Part shown: in pieces, positions 27,546-37,467 of the stretch
How the letters are laid out: each line of letters starts with the position of its first letter
How positions within the stretch are numbered: position 1 is the first letter of the stretch
Assembly (NCBI GenBank): GCA_964587885.1
Contig: CAZPME010000005.1
Span: 17,115-81,114, forward strand
Direction: 5' to 3'
From: an uncultured Candidatus Poseidoniales archaeon
GTDB taxonomy: Archaea; Thermoplasmatota; Poseidoniia; Poseidoniales; Poseidoniaceae
DNA length: 64,000 nt
The notes under the pieces: model-generated
Told to the model about the DNA's origin: nothing
The model's database searches: none
What the model saw: the letters and a program-made list of their open reading frames with translations, nothing else
Position numbers and translations under genes: made by a program

Positions 27546-30500
27546 TTAGAGTAATCGAATGATAATACGTTCGGATAAATCTGCAGAAAAATCGTGTTCC
27601 AAGCGTTCCAATTGACGTAGATGTTCAAGTAATTCATCACGTAGCCGACGGATTAGGCCTTCTTTCATACGTAACCAACGGAAGTCTACAACCTCTCCGC
27701 GTTGTTCAGCTTTCCAAGTAGCATCACGAATCTGTTGTGTCTCGCTCTCCACTCTCGCCTCCCAAGCAGCACGGGTATTCCAGCGTAATTCTTCCAAAAT
27801 CGGCTGCATTCGTTTACGCTCATCTTGTAAGAGCCAGCCATGCAAATCATCAATGGCATCCTCAATAGTTCTCAAATCTTCATCATCTGGCGAGTATGCC
27901 TTGGGGGAGTCAAGCAATTCCCAAGGTCTTTCGACTTGCAAGTCTAAGGGTTGACCATTGCTATCAACCACTAGCCAACGGCGTACTGAGCGTTGTTGTA
28001 GGCCGTTAGTTATCCAATCTAGACAGATGATAAATTTGGCCTCCTCATCCCACATCAATGGTCGAGTTGCACCAATCCAAATGTTTGAGACATTGGCAAT
28101 TTGGGTTTGTACTAGCCAGCGAATGAGTGGATGTGCAGGGGTAATGTATTGGAGGTCACCTTCATCTCTAGCAATGGCGCGTTCAAAAGTGACTGTAAGC
28201 CAATTTGGTCCAGCCGAATTGTGTAACCGATGTAGTGCTTCAAGCCAACCGACGTGCCGAGCATCATGTAATTCTGGTTGTTCACAGCGTAAGATTAACT
28301 CAGCGAGATTTTCATTGCTAAGTTCGATCAATTCACAACCATTTTTATCGCTGACAAACAAATCGCCACCAATATTTTCGAGTTGAGTATGAGTCCAATT
28401 ACGCAATTGTTCAGTACTAATCTGCAGCCCATTGCTCAAGGTTTGGTGACGCACTTCGTCGATGCCAGGGTCCGGCCCAAGCCATTCACGAGTTTCTGCT
28501 GCACGCTCCTTATGCCATTTTTCACGCATTGCTAGCAGGGTTTCAACCCCATCATTGGGGTCGGCAAATGCCCCTCTCGCAATTGGCATTCCTTGAATAA
28601 GTTCAGGGTCATTACCAGCCATCTCTTCGGCCTCAACTAAAACAGAATTTCCACCGCGCATCTCCTCACGGGCAATGAGTCGCATCGCTTTACCAAGTAA
28701 TGGGTCGAGCATTCCGAGTGATTTTTCAAATAGATTGATTCGGCTGTATAAGCGGCCCAATACTGCCGCATCTATGGTACCCTCAACCGCGAAATTTAGT
28801 ACCGTAATAACTTCGGATTCTTGGCCGAAACGGTCGATGCGGCCGATGCGTTGCTCAAGCCGCATCGGATTCCAAGGCAAATCGTAATTTACCATTCTAT
28901 GGCAGTGTTGTTGGTCTAGTCCTTCACTGCCTACCTCACTTGAAAGTAGAATATCAAAAACACCAGCGGCGAAGTCATTACGCAATCGTTCGCGCTCCCC
29001 CATCTTGGTTTGACCAGTGATTAATTCCACAGTATATCCATCTTCTTCTAACCGCTCTAATAGGTAACTTAGAGTGCCGCGGAAGTGGCTGAAAAGAATC
29101 ACCCCCCCTACTTGGTCGGTGGCTAAACTTTGGCCTAGCCAGCGCCTAAGTGCATCGTATTTACTATCGACATCACCTAACTCTTCAGCGGCTTGTACCA
29201 ATGCTTCGACATCACCAACACGTGATAATAAGCGCATTTCCACGCGGTCGAGTTCGACTGCCTCAACCCCTTCATCCTCATCAGCAAAATTGAGGTCGAG
29301 GGCCACCCTCACGGCTGAACGCATTTGTTTTTTCACATGCTTAGCAAAGGCGGGAAGAGAACTACTCGCCATACGTTCAGGCATCAACATAGCCCAATCC
29401 CAAGTATTGTCGTCAGGTCGGCGTAATTCCATCAGATGTCGACTCCAGTCGCGAGCAGCGACATAGAGATTCCATTCTTCATCTCTTAGACGGATGTCCA
29501 AAGTTATGGCATTTCTTTGCGGGAGTTGCCAGTCGAGGTCACGGCGACGTGTGCGCACTACCATCCCATTTAGAGGGCGCAAGCGCCTGACTAAGTCCGC
29601 TGCAGCCAAACGTAATTCAGTTGAGTTTTCCTCATCCCAAACAACTCTCCTTACGATATGTGCTAACATTTCTAAGCGTGAATCACCTTCGAAACCGGTG
29701 GTATTTTCAAGGCGCGTTATCAAGCGTCCAACCTCAATGAGTTCTGGTTCTTCACTGGCTAGTAAGTCAAGAATTTTGTTCAGAGTATTGCCGGGCTTGA
29801 GGGAACGCGCAAAGGCGTATCCATTGGGCCAACGTCCAGGAGCTAATTGTGAGAGTTGAACAAAGAGGTCGTCGGTGGAAAGATTAACCGGAGTTGCGGT
29901 AAGTAGAACCACTTTTTGCGACGATAGTGTGAGCATTGTTACTGCCGAATGAAGGTGCGATTTTGGGTTGCGAATATGATGTGCTTCATCGACGATTACC
30001 AAGGCTGATGGGGGTGTGTTTTCGATTAACCAATCGAGCATTATTGACCGTCGCAAGATTCCCTGTGACACCACAAGTACCATCGCTTCACCTGCTAGTA
30101 TTCGCAGGATATTTTCGCGAAACATTGCCCCATTTTCTACTTCAACTGCTTCAATATCGGCGCGTTGCCATAATTCATTGCACCATTTGCGTCTCAGCCC
30201 ACCAGGGCAAATGATAATGGCTGAACCACTATTTCCTCTAGCGTGCAAGGTCTTGAGAATTTGAATCGCCGAGATGGTTTTTCCTAACCCAACTTCATCA
30301 GCTATCATCACCCCTTTCCAATCCGATGCGGAGAGTCGAGCAAGAGGTAGGTGTTGATGAGGAAAGTCGTCGAATCTACCGAAACATAACATTGGGGCTC
30401 CGTCGGTAGGTGGTTTGGTGAGATGCAGTGTGGTTAGTATATCTGTGAAGTCGATTTCATCGTTTATTCCTGCTTCAGCAAGTTCATCGGAATCGACTAA

Positions 30501-30569
30501 ATTTTCGACAATATCGCCGATTAAGGCAGCTAACTCGTTGAAATCCGACTCTTTCGATTCCGCTTGCAT
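27546..30569 (-). CDS. SNF2-family helicase with ~360-aa uncharacterized C-terminal region
   Basis: ADEVGLGKTISAI (motif I), IVDEAHHIRN (DEAH), LLTATPVNL, SSEVGSEGLDQQHCHRMVNYDLPWNPMRLEQRIGRIDRFGQ (motifs V-VI). Confidence 0.9.
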   Translation of the reverse strand: MQAESKESDFNELAALIGDIVENLVDSDELAEAGINDEIDFTDILTTLHLTKPPTDGAPMLCFGRFDDFPHQHLPLARLSASDWKGVMIADEVGLGKTISAIQILKTLHARGNSGSAIIICPGGLRRKWCNELWQRADIEAVEVENGAMFRENILRILAGEAMVLVVSQGILRRSIMLDWLIENTPPSALVIVDEAHHIRNPKSHLHSAVTMLTLSSQKVVLLTATPVNLSTDDLFVQLSQLAPGRWPNGYAFARSLKPGNTLNKILDLLASEEPELIEVGRLITRLENTTGFEGDSRLEMLAHIVRRVVWDEENSTELRLAAADLVRRLRPLNGMVVRTRRRDLDWQLPQRNAITLDIRLRDEEWNLYVAARDWSRHLMELRRPDDNTWDWAMLMPERMASSSLPAFAKHVKKQMRSAVRVALDLNFADEDEGVEAVELDRVEMRLLSRVGDVEALVQAAEELGDVDSKYDALRRWLGQSLATDQVGGVILFSHFRGTLSYLLERLEEDGYTVELITGQTKMGERERLRNDFAAGVFDILLSSEVGSEGLDQQHCHRMVNYDLPWNPMRLEQRIGRIDRFGQESEVITVLNFAVEGTIDAAVLGRLYSRINLFEKSLGMLDPLLGKAMRLIAREEMRGGNSVLVEAEEMAGNDPELIQGMPIARGAFADPNDGVETLLAMREKWHKERAAETREWLGPDPGIDEVRHQTLSNGLQISTEQLRNWTHTQLENIGGDLFVSDKNGCELIELSNENLAELILRCEQPELHDARHVGWLEALHRLHNSAGPNWLTVTFERAIARDEGDLQYITPAHPLIRWLVQTQIANVSNIWIGATRPLMWDEEAKFIICLDWITNGLQQRSVRRWLVVDSNGQPLDLQVERPWELLDSPKAYSPDDEDLRTIEDAIDDLHGWLLQDERKRMQPILEELRWNTRAAWEARVESETQQIRDATWKAEQRGEVVDFRWLRMKEGLIRRLRDELLEHLRQLERLEHDFSADLSERIIIRLL

Positions 30570-30627
30570 AATGTGGCCCGTTGGACTATTGTTGTCCTAC
30601 CGTTCTTGAACTCTTCATTCAATTTCG

Positions 30628-31095
30628 TTATTCTCTCCCAGTATTTTCAGGCATTCCGGAATACGATTCTTTAACCGTATTAAGCACAACGTGGGTAGAT
30701 GAGCGACTTATTCCTTCAATTGATAGTACGTTTTTAGTCAAGTCATTGAGGTCGTCGGGATCACGAACTCGCGCCACTACCATCGAGTCAAATTCCCCAG
30801 TTACATCGTAGACCGAACAGACTCGGTTATCCGCCGCCACTTCACTTTGCACTGATAGAATTGAGCGCTTATCGATACGTAAACCGATAAGAACTGTCAT
30901 TGACCATCCAACTAATTGCGGGTCTAGGTCGACGTGATAGCCTCGAATAATTCCCAAATCGGTCATTCTAGTTAATCGATTAGTGACCGTTCCTTGAGCA
31001 ACTCCGATAAGACTTGCAAGCTTCCTTTGTGAAGCGCGACCATCTGCTAGCAACTCCGCCAATATTCTTCTATCTACTTCATCCAATTCAACCAT
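30628..31095 (-). CDS. Lrp/AsnC-family transcriptional regulator
   Basis: N-terminal HTH (DEVDRRILAELLADGRASQRKLASLIGVAQGTVTNRLTRM) plus a C-terminal RAM/AsnC_trans_reg-type domain. Confidence 0.9.
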   Translation of the reverse strand: MVELDEVDRRILAELLADGRASQRKLASLIGVAQGTVTNRLTRMTDLGIIRGYHVDLDPQLVGWSMTVLIGLRIDKRSILSVQSEVAADNRVCSVYDVTGEFDSMVVARVRDPDDLNDLTKNVLSIEGISRSSTHVVLNTVKESYSGMPENTGRE

Positions 31096-31233
31096 AATAT
31101 CGCCTCATACAGGAAAATATCCTCTGCGGGAATAAAGTCGCCCTACTTGCGGTTATTGAAAGTTTGCACTCGAAAACGCAAAATAGTTGGGGGAATGAAC
31201 AAAAATTAACTCGTTTTTTCGACATTCAAGAGA

Positions 31234-32520
31234 TTATTCTTCCACATCGTCATTTTTGGGCAGTAAGCGCAAATCCATTACCCAACCATCTCCAACCCCA
31301 TCGACAGTGAATGATAGATGGATGTTGACACTTCGGTGTGCAGACTCAATTGGCGCTCGGGCATCAACTATCCATTCAGATTCACTTCCAGCCTCCAATA
31401 GTTGGCGCTTCGGGGCACGGCGTATTTTCCATGGTGGACTACTATCTACTTTGGTTAATTCCGCCGGCATTGTTCCGACTTTAATGCCGATTTCAACTTT
31501 GTACATTTGCTGAGAATTACTAGAATCACCTGGTAATAATTTACCAGTAACTTTGGGCAATTCCATTTCTCGCCTACGTTCGGCATGAATAACCATCGCC
31601 ATACCTGCAATAATTACCATCGTAGCAATCACCCAAGGCATGGCGTCATCGAGAGTCGAAAGTTGCCAGCGTGACGGGACGTTAACAGCGGCTGTCGCAA
31701 AAATAGTTTCATTTTCACCAACATTGGCTGAGCGCGGTGCATCACTGCCGATGTCGTGACCTGACAACATCGCCACAACACCCCAGCGGTGGGCAAATTC
31801 AGATTCAATTGTGATGTTGGCTGGGTCGAGATATTTACTATCAAAGGTGAATTCTACTTTTCCACTTTGACCGTTGCTACGCGGAATACCTGAGCGTGGC
31901 ATCAACTCATGTACCACATTTGCAGGTCGATAACTCGAATCATCGAGGGGGTGATTCCACTCGACTATCATTAGGTAGAGGACGGTCTCTTCTGATAGGT
32001 TGGTAAGGGGGGTGATTTCAACAGTAACCATCAATTCATCATAGCCCTCACGCTGGCCATTTTCAGTTACTTGAACTTCCAATTCAATAATCGCCAATCG
32101 CTCGACTGTTGTGTTGTTGACATAATCTTCGACCACTGACTCAATATCGGAAACATTGCCATCCGAGATATTTTCCAATGGGTTTAGTTCTACTCGCAAA
32201 GCCGGAAGTTCCTGCACCCCCATACGTTCGGCCCTGACTGAACCATCGTGATTACCTAGGGGGTCATCGCCAACTAATACACTAGGGTGCCAAGATAACC
32301 ATAGTACACGCTCGTCATCGCGCAAGAACGAGAGGTTTTTTTCTATGGCGACAGAATCAGCATTACTATTATCGGCAAACCATTCTATGACTAAAGGTGA
32401 GGTGGTTTTAGTACTGGAGGCGGCAAGCCCATCGACGCTGAAAATCGCCGCCATCAGCACCACGACTATCGCCAGTGCTCGTCTCGCCATAACCGACTCA
32501 CAACTGCTCCGTCTCATCAA
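31234..32520 (-). CDS. Hypothetical secreted/membrane protein
   Basis: 428-aa ORF with a signal-like N-terminus (ALAIVVVLMAAIFSV), one internal TM (WVIATMVIIAGMAMVI) and a ~110-aa cytoplasmic C-terminus. No recognizable motif. Confidence 0.6.
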   Translation of the reverse strand: MMRRSSCESVMARRALAIVVVLMAAIFSVDGLAASSTKTTSPLVIEWFADNSNADSVAIEKNLSFLRDDERVLWLSWHPSVLVGDDPLGNHDGSVRAERMGVQELPALRVELNPLENISDGNVSDIESVVEDYVNNTTVERLAIIELEVQVTENGQREGYDELMVTVEITPLTNLSEETVLYLMIVEWNHPLDDSSYRPANVVHELMPRSGIPRSNGQSGKVEFTFDSKYLDPANITIESEFAHRWGVVAMLSGHDIGSDAPRSANVGENETIFATAAVNVPSRWQLSTLDDAMPWVIATMVIIAGMAMVIHAERRREMELPKVTGKLLPGDSSNSQQMYKVEIGIKVGTMPAELTKVDSSPPWKIRRAPKRQLLEAGSESEWIVDARAPIESAHRSVNIHLSFTVDGVGDGWVMDLRLLPKNDDVEE

Positions 32521-32535
32521 TGTGAGGGCTGAAGA

Positions 32536-34161
32536 TTATGAACATTGATTCTGAGTTTGCAGTTCTAAGATCAGTCTTTCATTAGCATCGACCATGGGAG
32601 TCAATAACTCACCAAGCCATGCTGGTACAATGATTTCTCCAGCAATACTTTGGGTTGAGATGATTATGCTACCGTGCTTATCCTCAAGATTTAGGTCGCT
32701 TCGGCGAGGGCCAACTCCGTTTAGCCATTGACGAAATTGCTCGTGATTGAGTTGAATAGTTTCCAAATTTGCAAATTTTCGCATTAACGGCATGGCTCTA
32801 GCCTTAGGGCGCAAAGTCCCACTGCGTTCTTCAATTATCGGCAAGCCAGTAATGATTACCTGAATTGGATGCCAAGTATTACCCGGCCACATCCGCATTT
32901 TTCCACCATATCTCGGAGTTGCATATAACCAATCGCGCATCGGTGGCGAGCCAGCAAAAATTCGCTTACCACGTTGCCAAAACGATAATTCATCACTTGA
33001 AAAATGCCATTCTTTGACCAATTTATCAAGTTCATCTCCCATCAATGGTAAAGGAGTATGCTGGTCAGGTGAGGGGATTGGTCGTAAACGCAAATCACCT
33101 TCTCTTTCATAGGTTAATGCATCGGCGAATTCACCTTCGCCTTGGTGTTTGAATTGGGCGATAAAGAAACCACCAGTATTGGATTCTCCACCTATCGGCA
33201 AGCGGCGACAACGGGATAATTGTTGTCTTATTTCAAGAGTGTATTTTTCTAATGCAGGGTGGTCATTAAATCCCGAAAATAATTCTAACCCATCTAGGGC
33301 ATTGGTATTGATTTCTATCAATTCTAACCATGGATATTCCTGCAATAATTCAGCTACAACGACTTCGTTTTCAACAATGTCAATTGAACAGGTGCTGTAA
33401 ATCATCCTACCTTGCGGCCGTAATAGTCGCGCTCCTCTGCCGGCGATATCAATTTGTAAACGTTGCATCCCTTGGCCACTATTTTCCTTCCAGCGCCGCC
33501 ATAATCCTCCATTTTTTCGTACCGTTCCAGTTCCTGTACACGGTACATCAGCGATTACCACATCAAAGCCAGGATCGGGACAACGAGGGAAATGGCGACC
33601 ATCATGTTTGCAGATGACTAGATTTTGTAAGCCGATACGGCTGGTATTGGTTCCGAGCATATTGGCACGTTTTGCATTTGGCTCATTGGCTACCACCAAC
33701 CCATTACCTGCCAATGCGACCATCGCTTGGGTTGTCTTTGAGCCAGGAGCAGCACAGAGGTCGAGAACCAACTCACCTTGTCCTAGTTCAGCGACTAGGA
33801 CTGGTAACATACTCGCCGCTTCTTGGCGAGTGATGCGTCCGGTTTCGTGAAGGGCTTGCATCAAAGATTTGACCGCATCATTCTCGGGCTTACCCCGATA
33901 CCATGGCATTGCGAATGCCTCACCATTTTGGCTGAACCATTCAATTTCTGCACCACCTAATTCTCGTAACTTATTCTTCGTCCACTCGGCATCGTATCGA
34001 AGTGGATTAACGCGCATGGTTTCGGGTAATGGTGTAGTTGCAACATCAAGCCACCTCTCAAAGTCACGGCCATATCTTCGACATACATCTTGGCCGAGTT
34101 GGGCTAGAGATGATTGCGCAGCCACTTGCCGTAACTCATCCCAACCACGTCGCTCCGTCAT
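32536..34161 (-). CDS. NOL1/NOP2/Sun-family RNA (cytosine-C5)-methyltransferase
   Basis: SAM motif DLCAAPGSKTTQ, catalytic ADVPCTGTGTVRKN and IYSTCS, plus a C-terminal extension as in RsmF-type enzymes. Confidence 0.9.
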   Translation of the reverse strand: MTERRGWDELRQVAAQSSLAQLGQDVCRRYGRDFERWLDVATTPLPETMRVNPLRYDAEWTKNKLRELGGAEIEWFSQNGEAFAMPWYRGKPENDAVKSLMQALHETGRITRQEAASMLPVLVAELGQGELVLDLCAAPGSKTTQAMVALAGNGLVVANEPNAKRANMLGTNTSRIGLQNLVICKHDGRHFPRCPDPGFDVVIADVPCTGTGTVRKNGGLWRRWKENSGQGMQRLQIDIAGRGARLLRPQGRMIYSTCSIDIVENEVVVAELLQEYPWLELIEINTNALDGLELFSGFNDHPALEKYTLEIRQQLSRCRRLPIGGESNTGGFFIAQFKHQGEGEFADALTYEREGDLRLRPIPSPDQHTPLPLMGDELDKLVKEWHFSSDELSFWQRGKRIFAGSPPMRDWLYATPRYGGKMRMWPGNTWHPIQVIITGLPIIEERSGTLRPKARAMPLMRKFANLETIQLNHEQFRQWLNGVGPRRSDLNLEDKHGSIIISTQSIAGEIIVPAWLGELLTPMVDANERLILELQTQNQCS

Positions 34162-34241
34162 GTTGGTCCGAAAAATTACTCAGCAATAACCGAGCGCCCC
34201 TTTGGCGTTGTCTTCATGTCCCTCCTATTGTACGGGTCAAT

Positions 34242-35654
34242 ATGGCGGCAGGGGCGACAGTATCGGAATTGCTGTTTACCATCTCGCTTTTTTCTGGTAT
34301 GCTTCTTGTTGTATCACCTTTGATTCATAAAAAATTGCAAGCCTCTGAACCAGCCCAATGGCACCGCCCATTATTGCGGACTGTAGACTGGGCTCCCTTC
34401 GCCTTTGCCTTTTTGGCTTGGGGGCTTGATTTCATCGCATTTATGACCCTCGATTTTGAAAGTGCAAGGGTCGCCGCAATCCTACCAGAAAACGCTAATT
34501 TCTTCCACCGAATTAGTGGGGCATTGCACGGTTGGACTTCGATAACGATGGCCTTCCTACTCGGCTTTTCCCTATATTTTGCCTATGTATTATCTTCAAT
34601 CCAGCACCTAACTACTTTTGAATCGAGTGAGATGGAAAAGGCCGATTACATACGTCTATCTCATAACCTACGCCGCTGGGGTGGATGGATGTGGATTTTA
34701 GCCCTATACGGCCTAATGCCCAACGACCCTTTTCCACTTGGCGATGGCATCTCAAGTGGTGGGATAGAATTGGCTAGACTAGGTCAGAATGCTGCTATGT
34801 GGGTGGCCATGCTTCTTTTTGGCTTAATGACTGGAATTGGAGTATTGCAATTGGCCCTGTTGATGGAACGGGCAGACCGTTTTCATGATTCAGAATATTT
34901 CCCTAATATTATCGGATGGTTACTCACAATTCCTGCAGCATCTTTCCTTCTCGTCCTTTTCTTCCAAGGAACCTTTTCCTCATACGATCCGATGGGAATG
35001 CTCTTACTAGACCCACTATTTGACAAAAGAATCGCCTTTTTCTTTGCAATGGGGTTGATGTTCCTCTATGGTACAACAGCTTTGCGAGCCCATATCATTT
35101 CTGAGCAGAGATTACGGGTCGGTTCACAACGCTGGAAAGGGTTGGCTGGTGGAATTGGTCATCATGTATTCATCGTATGGTTATCGACGATAATGCTGGC
35201 ACGTCAATTACCCAATGTCGAAAACCTCCTCGGTGCGGTATGGCTCGGTACGATGCTGGTAATTCCTGGATTCATTGCAGGATTACTTGGGATGTTGTTA
35301 CCAATAGCCGGACTTGATGACCGACCGCGTCCTGAATTTTGGGGATTCAGGATTCTTCAAGCCTTGTCGTTACCCTTCATTGCCGCGTGGATGCCTTTGG
35401 CAATTCTAACTGCTCCAGGAATATTGATTGGAGTCTCAACTTCAGCCATCATTGCCCCAATATGTGAAGACAATCCCCGCGTAGGAAATCGGTTTCGCTT
35501 TGATACTAAGCGCACAGTAATAATTGCCGACTTGATATTTCTATTATTGGTAATTTATCCGCCGGCAGCAATTGGTATGGTCGTCGCATTTGCCTTTGCT
35601 TCCTTTGTTGCAACTTTGCCATTGAGGATGGTAAAACGCGTACGACCGTCGTAA
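34242..35654 (+). CDS. Hypothetical polytopic membrane protein
   Basis: ORF 34038..35654 trimmed to ATG 34242, because the upstream part overlaps the divergent methyltransferase gene. About 12 hydrophobic segments. Confidence 0.6.
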   Translation: MAAGATVSELLFTISLFSGMLLVVSPLIHKKLQASEPAQWHRPLLRTVDWAPFAFAFLAWGLDFIAFMTLDFESARVAAILPENANFFHRISGALHGWTSITMAFLLGFSLYFAYVLSSIQHLTTFESSEMEKADYIRLSHNLRRWGGWMWILALYGLMPNDPFPLGDGISSGGIELARLGQNAAMWVAMLLFGLMTGIGVLQLALLMERADRFHDSEYFPNIIGWLLTIPAASFLLVLFFQGTFSSYDPMGMLLLDPLFDKRIAFFFAMGLMFLYGTTALRAHIISEQRLRVGSQRWKGLAGGIGHHVFIVWLSTIMLARQLPNVENLLGAVWLGTMLVIPGFIAGLLGMLLPIAGLDDRPRPEFWGFRILQALSLPFIAAWMPLAILTAPGILIGVSTSAIIAPICEDNPRVGNRFRFDTKRTVIIADLIFLLLVIYPPAAIGMVVAFAFASFVATLPLRMVKRVRPS

Positions 35655-35746
35655 TTTTTCACTGATAAAAACCGCATTTCCAGATTTTCTCACCCCGAAC
35701 AGTTATCAATGCATAGAGATGCCTGCAAACTGCAGAACATCGTTCT

Positions 35747-36118
35747 GTGGATGGGGAAAATATGGGCCGTGCCTTTAGAGAAGGAGTGGCACCCGAGCGT
35801 CGGGTAGTCACCAAAAAACGAGATTTGCGATTTGAATTAGCGATAGGTGATGGACGTTTATCCCATCTTTGGGAGCGGGCCAATAAGTCGGCTACTGCAA
35901 GTGAAAAACGTCGAAAAGTTCCAGCAATGCTAACCATTGAGGATGATCAATGGGTGTGGCAAGAGATATCTCCTGCTGTACTCAATGAATTGACTCATCG
36001 CTTGGTTGGAGGGGGAACTACCATTGGCTGTACCCCTGATTTCAAAACTGCTCATGCCTATGCGAATCATCTCGCTCAGGAAGAAGGTAAAGTGATTATC
36101 ATTGAGCCTTTACAATAA
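35747..36118 (+). CDS. Hypothetical small basic protein
   Basis: 123-aa ORF with a GTG start (alternative ATG at 35762). No recognizable motif. It fills an otherwise empty gap. Confidence 0.4.
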   Translation: MDGENMGRAFREGVAPERRVVTKKRDLRFELAIGDGRLSHLWERANKSATASEKRRKVPAMLTIEDDQWVWQEISPAVLNELTHRLVGGGTTIGCTPDFKTAHAYANHLAQEEGKVIIIEPLQ

Positions 36119-36150
36119 TTTAGTATCCACTTAGTGTGCGGATTGTGCGC

Positions 36151-36345
36151 TCAAAAGAGGTCTACTAGCCAACTGATGACGCCATTGTTGGCCAAGTAAA
36201 TAACTGCTGAAAGTATGATACATGCTGAATAGACCATTCCCTTGGAAATATGCCATGCATCTTCGGACTCTTCATCGAAGTAGCGAATCAATCCAGCCGC
36301 TTGCTGAATCCCGCTGCCGTCCTTCTTACCCTTCTTCACAGCCAT
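36151..36345 (-). CDS. Preprotein translocase subunit Sec61beta (archaeal SecG)
   Basis: 64 aa. Basic N-terminus, AAGLIRYFDEE motif, then a single C-terminal TM, as in archaeal Sec61beta. Confidence 0.75.
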   Translation of the reverse strand: MAVKKGKKDGSGIQQAAGLIRYFDEESEDAWHISKGMVYSACIILSAVIYLANNGVISWLVDLF

Positions 36346-36407
36346 GTGAACCGGCTCGGCGACCGGCTCTCCATTTATGAAACCGCCGCGTCATCAAAAC
36401 GGTGCAA

Positions 36408-37385
36408 TCATTCAGATTCATCGGTATTTGAGAGGTCAATTAGTGGAGTTTCATCGACTTCATCACCGGATAATAACCAGTCAGCAGAGACATCGTCACC
36501 CGAATCGGTCAGGTCGATAATATCTCCATCATCCTCTTCTTCGGCCTCAACCCACTCAACCTTTTGAGGTTCGAGTAATTGTTCGGCAGCGATAGCCGCT
36601 TGCAAGGACGGGGCATCATCGGGGGCAAGGAAAGTCTTGGCATCACTTGCGGTTGATGGGTCGGCATTAATCAAAGCCAATTCAATTCGATCAATGGCTC
36701 TCTCGACCGCAAGAGAGTTGCGGTCAGCCAAGGCATTTTCAGCCATTGCTAAATCATCTTCAGAAGCATCTAAACCATCTTTAGCAACTTGTAAATCGAA
36801 GTCGGGATGGCGCTTAAGGTCGATTTGGGATAATCGCTTCGTTGAATTATTGAGCAGATTACGGCAATTTTCTATTCTATCCTCCAACATTTGCTGTGCT
36901 CGGTTTTGCCATATCAGCCAAGCCGCTTTGTGTTCAGCAATTTCTAAACCACTGGCTTTGACAAATTTTTTGCGCCGAAAGCATTCCCACGGTGATTTTC
37001 CAAGTGCAGCAAGCAAGTCGTAAACTAATCGTTCAATTCTTTCACTTGGACCTTTGAGGTTAATTTGGTTTAGAAAACATTTACTGAATAATCCCCAACC
37101 CCAGTATGACGTACTGGTAATGGTAGCGCAAAGTTCGGAATCACGTACTTCGAGAACCCATCGTTGTTCATCGAATTGGGGTGGTTGGAGCAATACTGGT
37201 GTTTGATGGGCCCCGAAAACTCCCAGCAGGGTGTCAGTAACATTGCCGAGCATCACTTTACCAGCACATGCAGGATGGCGAGCAGAGCGTAGCAGATCTC
37301 CTTCAGGGTCGTGGCCATGGTCTGGAGATGAATATTGAACCTGTGCCCAAAGGGTACATGATTCGGCAGCAAAATCTCCCTCCAT
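36408..37385 (-). CDS. Hypothetical protein with coiled-coil region and strongly acidic C-terminal tail
   Basis: 325-aa ORF with no recognizable catalytic motif. The C-terminus is EEEDDGDIIDLTDSGDDVSADWLLSGDEVDETPLIDLSNTDESE. Confidence 0.6.
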   Translation of the reverse strand: MEGDFAAESCTLWAQVQYSSPDHGHDPEGDLLRSARHPACAGKVMLGNVTDTLLGVFGAHQTPVLLQPPQFDEQRWVLEVRDSELCATITSTSYWGWGLFSKCFLNQINLKGPSERIERLVYDLLAALGKSPWECFRRKKFVKASGLEIAEHKAAWLIWQNRAQQMLEDRIENCRNLLNNSTKRLSQIDLKRHPDFDLQVAKDGLDASEDDLAMAENALADRNSLAVERAIDRIELALINADPSTASDAKTFLAPDDAPSLQAAIAAEQLLEPQKVEWVEAEEEDDGDIIDLTDSGDDVSADWLLSGDEVDETPLIDLSNTDESE

Positions 37386-37467
37386 GCCTAATCCAGCCCG
37401 ATTTTCCTATTCAAGAGGGAGGTCATCTTGATAGGTGAGGCCGGTATCAGGTAGTCGGGGTCGAGAT

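Noticed and set aside
35659-35937. 92-aa minus-strand ORF overlapping the 35747 ORF
   Set aside because: It is Arg/Ser-rich and overlaps the plus-strand candidate. Neither is strongly supported, and the plus-strand ORF is longer and fits the local gene packing better.
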